NCBI GenBank assembly: GCA_963756875.1
Contig: CAVWPA010000003.1
Coordinates: 254,005 to 318,004 of the forward strand
Reading direction: 5' to 3'
From: an uncultured Verrucomicrobiae bacterium
GTDB taxonomy: Bacteria > Verrucomicrobiota > Verrucomicrobiia > Chthoniobacterales > UBA10450
DNA length: 64,000 nt
Positions 56,375 to 64,000 of this stretch are shown here, one piece after another. Position 1 is the stretch's first letter. Every line of letters begins with the position of its first letter. Below the pieces are notes generated by a model. That model was given only the letters and a program-made list of their open reading frames with translations, was not told where the DNA came from and ran no database searches. A program made the position numbers and the translations under genes.

Positions 56375-57139
56375 TTATATGAACACCCGCAAAGCGATAT
56401 TGAGAACGCCGATGAGCGCCACTCCCGCGCTGAAGCTCGTCACGATCAGTCCCTTTCCATGTTTCAACATTTCCCCGAGTACGGCATGCGCGGCGAGATA
56501 GAAAAATCCGCCCCCGACGTGTGCCATGACCAGGCCGAGCCAGAACGGCGAAGTCTTTGCCAGGAAGAAAAACCCGATCGCTCCGCCGAGGAGCGTAGTC
56601 GCTTCAACCGCGGCGACCCAGCCGAGAGCGGTCGCGCGCCGGTATCCGGCGCCAATCAAGAGACTGCCGAGCGCGAGGCCTTCTGGAATTTTGTGAATGC
56701 AAAGGGCGGCGAAGAGCGACCATGTCGTCGCCTGCTGCGCCGAGGCTTCCTGCCCGATTCCCAGTGCCAGGCCATCCGTCGTGCTGTGGATGGCCATTGC
56801 AAAGATCAGCGCTGTCGCGATATCGCTGAAGTGGCGCGTCGCATCCGCGTCGAAATGACTGGCTGCGCACGCGGGGCAAACGTGGTGGACGTATTTGCTG
56901 ACAAAGAAAAAGAGCGCGTATCCACTGGCAAACGCCAAAGCCACGGCCCACCAGGTGCTGTCGTCGAAACTCTCGGGCAGAATTGCAAAGAGCGTGACGC
57001 CGAGAAGTGTTCCGGCGGCAATGCTGATCAACACGCAAAGCGGTTTGTGCTCCAGGCGCAGCGATGTGCTGATCACTCCGCCGACAAGCGCCAGGGTGTA
57101 GGCCGCCACGACCTGCCATAAAGTAATTTCGCCGTTCAA
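56375..57139 (-). CDS. ZIP family metal transporter (ZupT-like)
   Basis: 254 aa with the HKIPEGLALG motif and 8 TM helices. TTG start overlaps the CDF stop (TTGA). Alternative GTG at 57109. Confidence 0.8.
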   Translation of the reverse strand: MNGEITLWQVVAAYTLALVGGVISTSLRLEHKPLCVLISIAAGTLLGVTLFAILPESFDDSTWWAVALAFASGYALFFFVSKYVHHVCPACAASHFDADATRHFSDIATALIFAMAIHSTTDGLALGIGQEASAQQATTWSLFAALCIHKIPEGLALGSLLIGAGYRRATALGWVAAVEATTLLGGAIGFFFLAKTSPFWLGLVMAHVGGGFFYLAAHAVLGEMLKHGKGLIVTSFSAGVALIGVLNIALRVFI

Positions 57140-58101
57140 GAGGTTGCGACCGATCCGTGATGTTCGCCGCAGTGCTGGGTCTCGATGGTAACGTGAACCA
57201 GTTCCTCATGCTCGCGAAAAAGTTCGCGGTACCAATCGGAAGTCTTTGGCTGGTGGGAAACAATCGAGACGATGGCCGCAAATTTTCCCGCGCCCACCTG
57301 CCAGACGTGGAGATCGGTCACCATCGAATCCTCGTCGCTTTCTACCGCACGGCGAATTTCATCGGGCAAATCGGAGGTCACCGGAGTGCGATCGAGCAGG
57401 ATCCCGCTGGTGTCGCGCAGGAGACCGTAAGCCCAGGAGAAGACAACGCCGCTCCCGACCAGACCAACCACGGGATCGAGCCATGCCCAGCCGAAAAATT
57501 TTCCCGAAGTGAGCGCTCCGATGGCGAGCAACGTTGTGAACGCGTCGGCCAGCACGTGCAGATACGCCGCGCGCAGATTCAGGTCATGATGGTGAGAGTG
57601 ATGATGATCATGTCCGTGCTCATCGTGTGAATGTGGATGATCTTCTTTGAGCAAAAGGGCGCAGGTAAGATTCACCGCGAGCGCGACACACGCGATGCCG
57701 ATCGCTTCGTTAAAGTGAATGCTCATTGGCACAAAAAGGCGGCGAACCGATTCGCCGGCCATGAGAAGAGCGACCACCGAGAGAATGACCGCGCTGGCGA
57801 ACCCGCCGAGGACGCCAATTTTTCCCGTCCCGAAACTGAACTGCGCGTTTGATGAGTGCCGTCGCGTGAAATAGTAGGCGATGGCTGTGATGAGAAACGC
57901 GGTGACGTGCGTGCTCATGTGCCAGCCGTCGGCCAGCAATGCCATCGAGTGGGAGAGCAGACCGGCGGTAATCTCGACCACCATCATCGCGCCCGTGATT
58001 GCAATCACGATGCGTGTGCGACGCTCGCCTTTTGAGAAATCGCGCACGAAATCGTGCGAATGGCGAAAACGAGTGTGATCAGTCCGGTGCACGGGATTCA
58101 T
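57136..58101 (-). CDS. cation diffusion facilitator, DmeF-like (Co/Ni/Zn efflux type)
   Basis: 321 aa. HSHDF..ERRT..SMALLADGWHMSTH, FSFGTGK, and a His-rich loop HPHSHDEHGHDHHHSHHHD. Confidence 0.85.
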   Translation of the reverse strand: MNPVHRTDHTRFRHSHDFVRDFSKGERRTRIVIAITGAMMVVEITAGLLSHSMALLADGWHMSTHVTAFLITAIAYYFTRRHSSNAQFSFGTGKIGVLGGFASAVILSVVALLMAGESVRRLFVPMSIHFNEAIGIACVALAVNLTCALLLKEDHPHSHDEHGHDHHHSHHHDLNLRAAYLHVLADAFTTLLAIGALTSGKFFGWAWLDPVVGLVGSGVVFSWAYGLLRDTSGILLDRTPVTSDLPDEIRRAVESDEDSMVTDLHVWQVGAGKFAAIVSIVSHQPKTSDWYRELFREHEELVHVTIETQHCGEHHGSVATS

Positions 58102-58239
58102 CCGAGGATTTCAATTGCAGGACACAGTCAAATCGTCCGGTCCACTTTATAGTAACGGAATCGCCAGGCAATCCCGGGCTGCTGGAGCCGCTTCGCTCTG
58201 CGAAGCGCGGCGCTGATCTTTTTGGCCACCCACTCGCAA

Positions 58240-58265
58240 CGCGTTTCACAAAAGACGCGGCTACA
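58240..58265 (-). repeat. GTAG-headed REP-like hairpin (R6)
   Basis: The reverse complement reads TGTAG C CGCGT cttttgtgaa ACGCG. Confidence 0.35.
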
Positions 58266-58385
58266 ACGGCTCCCGCCGTAAAATTAACATAAATGGCACG
58301 TGACAAAGGCCGGCACAGGGCGTGAATTGAGTCAAAGCCCGGTTCTTTGCGCCGGGCGAAAAATTCAATTACAGGGAACCTAGTT

Positions 58386-58922
58386 ATGAAGAAATCCAAT
58401 TCCAGAAAGACCGTAGAACTTCTTTACAGGCGCGACGCTCCATTGGAAACGCCGACCGATCTCACACGTTCGGCGACCAGGGATATCGCCGCGGCCATGA
58501 ATGCTGTTCTTGCCGATGTGTTCGCCCTTTACGTGAAGACCAAAAATTTTCACTGGCACATGAGCGGCCCGCACTTCCGCGATTACCATTTGCTCCTGGA
58601 CGAACAGGCCGACCAGCTGTTCGCCATGACCGACCCTGTTGCGGAGCGGGTCCGAAAGATCGGTGGACTTACCCTGAGATCGATCGGGCATATTTCTCGC
58701 ATGCAACGCGTGCTCGATAACGATGCAGAATACGTCGAACCCCTGGACATGATCGCGGAGCTGGCGGACGACAACAAAACCCTGGCCGCGCGCTTGCGCG
58801 AAGCGCACAACGTGTGCGACGAGCATCGCGACGTCGCCACAGCGAGTCTAATCGAAGTGTGGATCGACGAAACCGAGCGCCGAACCTGGTTCCTATTTGA
58901 AGCGAGCCGCCAGAGGAATTGA
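58386..58922 (+). CDS. dps: Dps family DNA-protection/ferroxidase protein
   Basis: Start moved to MKKSNS (ATG 58386). LYVKTKNFHWHMSGPHFRDYHLLLDEQ signature. Confidence 0.92.
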   Translation: MKKSNSRKTVELLYRRDAPLETPTDLTRSATRDIAAAMNAVLADVFALYVKTKNFHWHMSGPHFRDYHLLLDEQADQLFAMTDPVAERVRKIGGLTLRSIGHISRMQRVLDNDAEYVEPLDMIAELADDNKTLAARLREAHNVCDEHRDVATASLIEVWIDETERRTWFLFEASRQRN

Positions 58923-58964
58923 AGCGCGACTGGAAATGCGCCGTTGGCGGGAAGGAGAACTGCA

Positions 58965-59801
58965 ATGCCATATGTCACCGTCGGTAAAGAGAACGGAGCG
59001 GATATCGACATCTATTATAAAGACTGGGGCAAGGGGCAGCCCATCGTCTTCAGCCATGGTTGGCCGCTGACAGCCGATGACTGGGACGCGCAGATGCTGT
59101 TCTTCCTCAATCACGGCTATCGCGTCATCGCCCATGACCGCCGCGGCCACGGCCGCTCTACCCAAACGGCCGACGGCCATGACATGGATCACTATGCCGA
59201 CGATCTTGCGGCTGTGACGGCGCATCTCGACCTGAAGAACGCTATTCACGTCGGCCATTCCACCGGCGGCGGCGAAGTGGTGCATTATCTGGGACGGCAT
59301 GGCGAGAGCCGGGTGACGAAAGCGGCCATTATCAGCGCGGTGCCGCCGCTGATGCTGAAGACGCCGGCCAATCCCAATGGTCTTCCCAAAAAAGTCTTCG
59401 ACGACTTTCAAGTGGCGCTCGCGGCCAATCGCTCACAGTTCTATCGCGACGTCGCGGCTGGGCCCTTCTACAACTACAACCGGCCGGGCGTGAAATCTTC
59501 CGAGGCGACCATCCAGAACTGGTGGCGCCAGGGCATGATGGGAGGCGCCAAGGCGCATTATGACGGCATCGTCGCCTTCTCACAGACCGATTTCACCGAC
59601 GATCTTAAGAAGATCACCGTGCCGGTACTGGTGATGCACAGCGAAGACGATCAGATCGTTCCCTACGTCGCCTCCGGGCCGTTGTCGGCCAAGCTGCTAA
59701 AGAACGGGACGCTGAAGACCTACAAAGGTTTCCCGCACGGCATGCCCACCACGCAGGCGGAGACGATTAATGCCGATCTGCTGGCGTTTATCAAAGGCTA
59801 G
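58965..59801 (+). CDS. alpha/beta hydrolase, non-haem haloperoxidase/arylesterase type
   Basis: Start moved to [11 protein letters not shown] (ATG 58965, GAAGGAG upstream). FSHGWPL and GHSTGGGEV motifs. Confidence 0.88.
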   Translation: MPYVTVGKENGADIDIYYKDWGKGQPIVFSHGWPLTADDWDAQMLFFLNHGYRVIAHDRRGHGRSTQTADGHDMDHYADDLAAVTAHLDLKNAIHVGHSTGGGEVVHYLGRHGESRVTKAAIISAVPPLMLKTPANPNGLPKKVFDDFQVALAANRSQFYRDVAAGPFYNYNRPGVKSSEATIQNWWRQGMMGGAKAHYDGIVAFSQTDFTDDLKKITVPVLVMHSEDDQIVPYVASGPLSAKLLKNGTLKTYKGFPHGMPTTQAETINADLLAFIKG

Positions 59802-59810
59802 GAGGAACAG

Positions 59811-59921
59811 ATGCTATTGCACATCTATACAATCCTTCACGTCATCATCAGCCTTGTCGGAATTTTCACCGCTCTCGTTGCTTTACTCGGGATGCTGGTT
59901 GGAAACCGGCTCAACGGCTGA
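59811..59921 (+). CDS. 36-codon membrane ORF, probably the truncated 5' end of a longer membrane-protein gene
   Basis: Own translation: MLLHIYTILHVIISLVGIFTALVALLGMLVGNRLNG. AGGAGG lies 6 nt upstream. Not in the ORF track. Confidence 0.35.
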   Translation: MLLHIYTILHVIISLVGIFTALVALLGMLVGNRLNG

Positions 59922-59931
59922 AACGAAAACC

Positions 59932-60201
59932 ATGGCCAACAACGGTTGCTCTCATCTTAAGGCGATTTCTTCGGTCAAACATCCGATTCGTCGTGAATGT
60001 GAGGAGTGCGTGAAGATCGGGGCGCAATGGGTCCATCTACGCACGTGTCAGGAATGCGGCGTGACGTTGTGTTGCGACAGTTCACCGAACCAGCACGCGA
60101 GCAAACACGCGCGCGCGAGCGGACATCCGGTCATCGCATCCGCCCAGCCGGGCGAACGCTGGTTATACTGCTATCCGGACGACGCCTTCGCCGAATATTA
60201 G
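59932..60201 (+). CDS. UBP-type zinc-finger protein
   Basis: Start moved to MANNGCSHL (ATG 59932). C.H...C..C...W..L..C..CG...CC...H..H pattern. Confidence 0.8.
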   Translation: MANNGCSHLKAISSVKHPIRRECEECVKIGAQWVHLRTCQECGVTLCCDSSPNQHASKHARASGHPVIASAQPGERWLYCYPDDAFAEY

Positions 60202-60233
60202 CCGTCGCGAACGAGCCAAAGACCTACCATTCA

Positions 60234-60569
60234 TCACGGGTGGTTATTGGATACGTAGTCCCACATCCAGGAATTATATCGCCGGGCATACTCCTCGCGA
60301 TTCGCGTAATGGCGGTCCTGCCAGTGGCCCTGGAGTCCGATCGGATGTCTCGGATACCGGCGGACAATGGCCACAGCTTCTGGAGGTAAACCGGGAGCGT
60401 GCGACGCAGGGCCGCCGACATAATAAAATCCGATCCTGTTCATGGCGATGTCGTGCTCCGCATCGCTAACGGCCATGTCGGGGTTCCATGGTCGTGTCAA
60501 ACTGACAACAGCGCACCCGCATAACCCGACGCTAACCAGCAACGCAACGAATCCACAGCGCACAGCCAT
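60234..60569 (-). CDS. lipoprotein, hypothetical
   Basis: Start moved to MAVRCGFVALLVSVGLCGC (lipobox-like LCGC). Confidence 0.55.
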   Translation of the reverse strand: MAVRCGFVALLVSVGLCGCAVVSLTRPWNPDMAVSDAEHDIAMNRIGFYYVGGPASHAPGLPPEAVAIVRRYPRHPIGLQGHWQDRHYANREEYARRYNSWMWDYVSNNHP

Positions 60570-60612
60570 CTGGTGAAATAAAATCAGCTGCGATTGCCGT
60601 AAGCGAGCCTTT

Positions 60613-61128
60613 TCAGAGGTCCGAAGCCTGACGGCGAGGATCGGATTTGGTGCCCGGCGCGGTATTTGATGGCATGTCATAGGACATCACCATGACATTC
60701 ACACCCTGATAAATAGTGCGCTCAAGAGCCGACCAACCAAGCTTTGAATACAAACGCTCTGCGCTTGGAGTGTAAAGATAGAGCCGCGTTACGCCGAGCG
60801 TCGTCGCGCATTCGACAACTCTCCGGACCAGCGCGGAGCCGATGCCTTGCCGTCGATGATCGGGCGCGACAAACACGCCGGCCAACCATGGGGAGAGGTC
60901 CATGCGCGTATCCATGTCGTGATCAATCAACATCGCGGAACCCAGCAGTGTGCCGCCGGAGACTGCGACAAAAACCGTCGGTATCTCTTCTCGCCCACAA
61001 TCCGCACGAAGCCGTGTTATGCGCGCTTCAAGAGTATCGCCCGGTCGCAGATACGCCCACTCTTTGTGGTGCCACTGGGCGAGAGTATCGACGAATTCTA
61101 AATGGTCTGAGAGATAGTCAATAAGCAT
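60613..61128 (-). CDS. GNAT family N-acetyltransferase
   Basis: Acetyl-CoA motif VAPDHRRQGIGSALV. Start probably MLIDYL (61128). Confidence 0.85.
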   Translation of the reverse strand: MLIDYLSDHLEFVDTLAQWHHKEWAYLRPGDTLEARITRLRADCGREEIPTVFVAVSGGTLLGSAMLIDHDMDTRMDLSPWLAGVFVAPDHRRQGIGSALVRRVVECATTLGVTRLYLYTPSAERLYSKLGWSALERTIYQGVNVMVMSYDMPSNTAPGTKSDPRRQASDL

Positions 61129-61250
61129 GAAGTCGCGCCATCTCGTCCGTGCCGGATGTGGCATAGACGCTGAAATTGGTCATATCTTCAAGTAAAGAAG
61201 AGCCGGCCGCGAACTCGACAAGGCAGCATAACCATGATGCGACGAGTTGG

Positions 61251-63428
61251 TCAGAAATCGTAGGCGACGGTGCCGTAGAAGCCGCGGCGCTGGCCGAATT
61301 GCGGAGCGCCGACTCCGATGCCGCTCCCATCGCGGAGTTCGTAGATTTCGTCGAATAGATTCACGACATCGAACCGGACTCTAAAACTCCCAATCTTGGG
61401 AACCCGGAACGAGCGTTCCAGGCTCAGGTTGAATGTTTCATAAGGATGATTCTTGAGCGTATTAGCAAAGCCGCGGCGCAAACCGTTTCCATAAAGTCCG
61501 TCGACGGATCCCTTCCAATCGTTCCAGGTATAGGAAACGCCGGCCGAACCGGTGAACCGCTGGTCGTGATCGAGGAAGACCCAGTTTCGCTTGATATAGG
61601 CGTACTCGTCGGGATCGAAGAGGAATTCGGCGGAGCTGATATTCGTGCCGCGCGCCCATTCGTAGGCCACGTTCAAATACGCGGAGAACGGGCCGTGATC
61701 GTAGCTCGATGTGAATTCGCCGCCGTAAATTTCTCCGCGTTTGTAGTTGAACGAGGAAAGAATGAGCGCCTGCCCGAACTGGCCTTCGTCCAGCGTCGAG
61801 TGTGAGCTTTTGTAAAAACCGTCGAGGCCGGCATTCCAGTCTTTCGTGATTTTCTGAGTGACCCCCGCGTCGAAATAATGCGCGCGCTCCGAGGTCACCG
61901 CAGAGTCCCTGGTAATTGCCGATTCGTTGGTCGTGCCGGCGAATTTGGCGATGGTGCTTTGCGGGACTGCCTCCAGGGGCGGTGGTGTAAAGTAACGTGC
62001 GTAGCCGGCGTGAAGCGCGGTCCCTTCGAACGGTCTGTAAACGATGTTAATGCGTGGGCTGAGCTGGTTCTCGTTGGCAAACGCGTTCACAAAATCGAGC
62101 CGGCCCCCGAAATTAATAGTGAGCTGGTCGAATGGCTTCCATTCATCCTGCAAATAGAGTCCATAGAAGTAGCCGTACTTGCCGTTGTTATCGACAATGC
62201 GGCGCGGAATATCGCTGGTTTGGTTCCCGTTGGCATCGACCGGAAAAACCAGCGTTGCGGTCTCTGTGGTCGCGTGTTGCTCGGTAAAAATGAAGCCGCC
62301 ACGAATCGTATGCTGGTCGTTGAGCTTGTAGCTGGAATCCAATTCGATGCCGTTGGAGAGAATAGCGCGATCGACGCGCGAGGCGACGCCGTTGAAGATG
62401 AGATCGCCCACGTTATCAGGACGAAAAAGGATCGAGCTATAGCGATTGAAAATTGAAGCCTGAAAATCGAGATCACCCATCTTTTTCTGGTAGGTCAGGA
62501 TCTCATATTCGGAATCTTCCGATTGGTTCTCGTTTAGCTTGGCGGAGTTGAATGTCGATCTTCCCATGTCCGTGAACGCAGGCGTCTGCCCCGGACTGTT
62601 CGGAATTTCGAAATCGCTATGGTTCGCACCGACCAGGAGCGTCATCCGGCTGGTGTCATCGATAACGTCGGAAAAGTATCCGAAGAACTTGTACTGATCG
62701 GTGTCGTCGTGGATAGGGTTGGCTGTACGAGTGGGGTTTTCGATGCCGATGCCATTGTGCAAATAACTTCCCGAGAGGTAATAGCTGAGTTTCCCGAGCA
62801 CGCCGCCGTATTCGAAGCTCGGCATGACTGTATCGAAACTGCCGACCTCGAGTGAAGTTTCGCCCCCCTCGAAAACGGCGCCATTCTTGGTGTGAATGTC
62901 GATGACGCCCGTGGTGCGAAATCCGAACTGCGCCGGAAGCGCGCCGGTGATGAGCGAGATGTTGTCGGCGAAACGGGTCGAGATCTCCTGGCCGAATCCG
63001 GGGATGCTTTCCGGCAGAAGCACGTCATTGATGCGGTATTGCAGGTTGGCGTGTTCGCCACGGACGTGGAGCTGGCTGAACGAATCCTGCGCCACGCCGG
63101 GAAAACGCAGAATGGTTTGATTAAAGGGAGCGTCTTCGCCCTGTGCCTGCGAATTGAGCCGGTCCGGGCCAACCGTGTAGCGCGTCGCGCCGAGACTCGG
63201 CACGATTTGCTCGCGCGAAATATCGAGCTCCTCCGACGTGACCACGACTTGCTGGGTCGTCGCCGTCGCTGGAGTTGCCGAAGCGACCGGACTCGTCGCC
63301 GGTGTTGAGGTCGGGCCTGGACTCGGGTTTTGATTTGCCCCTTTTGCCGAAGTCGAAACGGCTTCTTGCGCATGCGCCATGTGCGCAACGCAGATGATAA
63401 AGACTGTTGCGATCAGAAATTTTTTCAC
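61251..63428 (-). CDS. TonB-dependent outer-membrane receptor
   Basis: 725 aa. Signal MKKFLIATVFIICVAHMAHA, plug plus barrel, terminal ..GFYGTVAYDF. Confidence 0.92.
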   Translation of the reverse strand: MKKFLIATVFIICVAHMAHAQEAVSTSAKGANQNPSPGPTSTPATSPVASATPATATTQQVVVTSEELDISREQIVPSLGATRYTVGPDRLNSQAQGEDAPFNQTILRFPGVAQDSFSQLHVRGEHANLQYRINDVLLPESIPGFGQEISTRFADNISLITGALPAQFGFRTTGVIDIHTKNGAVFEGGETSLEVGSFDTVMPSFEYGGVLGKLSYYLSGSYLHNGIGIENPTRTANPIHDDTDQYKFFGYFSDVIDDTSRMTLLVGANHSDFEIPNSPGQTPAFTDMGRSTFNSAKLNENQSEDSEYEILTYQKKMGDLDFQASIFNRYSSILFRPDNVGDLIFNGVASRVDRAILSNGIELDSSYKLNDQHTIRGGFIFTEQHATTETATLVFPVDANGNQTSDIPRRIVDNNGKYGYFYGLYLQDEWKPFDQLTINFGGRLDFVNAFANENQLSPRINIVYRPFEGTALHAGYARYFTPPPLEAVPQSTIAKFAGTTNESAITRDSAVTSERAHYFDAGVTQKITKDWNAGLDGFYKSSHSTLDEGQFGQALILSSFNYKRGEIYGGEFTSSYDHGPFSAYLNVAYEWARGTNISSAEFLFDPDEYAYIKRNWVFLDHDQRFTGSAGVSYTWNDWKGSVDGLYGNGLRRGFANTLKNHPYETFNLSLERSFRVPKIGSFRVRFDVVNLFDEIYELRDGSGIGVGAPQFGQRRGFYGTVAYDF

Positions 63429-63510
63429 TGGAGTTTTTTGGAAATGGTTTTTTCAAAGGTTGTGTGAATGGGTTGCAGCGTTCGCGATTTCGATGAACGC
63501 CCGAATAAGC

Positions 63511-63613
63511 AAATTGTAGGGCGTTTCTGTGAAACGCCGTTCTGACGGTGTCCGTCGCGGGCGACGCCGTTTGTGGTTGGACGGCGCTCGCCGCGGCGAG
63601 AGCCCTACAAATT
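63511..63613. repeat. REPIN-like doublet: two inverted GTAG-headed hairpins (R7, R8) closed by a 12-bp outer stem
   Basis: AAATTGTAGGGC (63511-22) pairs with GCCCTACAAATT (63602-13). Inner hairpins: GGCGTTTC/GAAACGCC, CGTCGC/GCGACG, CGCCGT/ACGGCG and CTCGCC/GGCGAG. Confidence 0.6.
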
Positions 63614-63935
63614 AGGCCAAGGCGGGCGGCGCGTGCTCGAAAATGCTCGCGCCGAGGAATGGCGATTCGACCCACTGCGGGGTCAGCACCGGAATTGCGG
63701 AAAATTGGACGACCAGAACCGGCGCGCTTACAAGGGGCGCGGGCGCGGAATGGGCGAAGCTGCCCGAGGCGACTAGCGTTACCGCGCACGTGTGCCCAGG
63801 CTGGTCCGCATCCGGGTGAATGAAGCGGTGCAGCTGTGGCGAAGCGCCGAGTGCCAGTGACCAGAGAAAAATCGCTGCGGCGAAAGTCGCAGCAGAACTA
63901 AGTCCCCGATTTTGTGAACGCGGGATCGTGTTCAT
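63612..63935 (-). CDS. small secreted/membrane protein with His/Cys motif (DUF2946-like position upstream of a TonB-dependent receptor)
   Basis: 107 aa. Signal-anchor AATFAAAIFLWSLALGA, then SPQLHRFIHPDADQPGHTCAVTL. Confidence 0.5.
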   Translation of the reverse strand: MNTIPRSQNRGLSSAATFAAAIFLWSLALGASPQLHRFIHPDADQPGHTCAVTLVASGSFAHSAPAPLVSAPVLVVQFSAIPVLTPQWVESPFLGASIFEHAPPALA

Positions 63936-64000
63936 TGCGCCGCGACTCTCCGGTCATTCGGAAACGCGTGCAAGCATTTTTGCTGATTCGGTCTCAAGCA

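Overview
This is a 64-kb, gene-dense, chromosomal-looking segment with about 58 protein genes on both strands and roughly 57-58% GC by eye. It comes from a Gram-negative bacterium. A DxDGDG-tailed secreted protease, the TPR/ExbBD cluster, DUF4388 and CCAA-type intergenic palindromes suggest a Verrucomicrobiota/PVC-like soil organism, but that is inference only.

Most of the content is housekeeping: polX (partial), priA, gdhA, dnaK-groES-groEL, thyA, prc, purN, gpsA-plsY, mnmG, cdd, a homocysteine-methyltransferase/MTHFR fusion, hisC, mnmE, pyrD, bioB, lysA and dps. There are also several transporters: an NSS transporter with a small subunit, an NhaD-type antiporter, an MgtE-like protein, a ZIP, a CDF and a TonB-dependent receptor. 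I saw no rRNA, tRNA, CRISPR array, transposase, integrase or phage gene, and no clear-cut new defence system.

The points worth a second look are:
1. An ExbB-ExbD-ExbD operon whose TonB slot holds a PA14-like-domain membrane protein, led by two TPR proteins.
2. Two families of intergenic structured repeats: GTAG-headed REP-like hairpins, including a REPIN-like doublet, and long imperfect CCAA/TTGG-periodic palindromes.
3. An ECF sigma / anti-sigma / LTXXQ module and a divergent LTXXQ gene that share TTGTAACC-N17-GTC.
4. A small accessory islet (6.1-9.9 kb) holding a toxin-antitoxin pair, a cNMP/DUF4388 protein, a lipase-like protein with an unknown C-terminal half, and a helicase/membrane-protein deletion scar.
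5. A DUF2064 / epimerase / MgtE-like / GT2 / Mo-oxidoreductase cassette.
6. A 36-codon MetS-like ORF that the ORF track misses.
7. Three single-nucleotide frameshifts in otherwise intact genes (hisC, lysA, a TVP38 family gene). Two lie in short homopolymers, so assembly indel error is the first suspicion.

CDS coordinates were checked against the ORF-track frames. Short motifs were counted by eye and may be off by 1-2 nt. The ORF track renders GTG/TTG starts as M, and I moved several starts accordingly.
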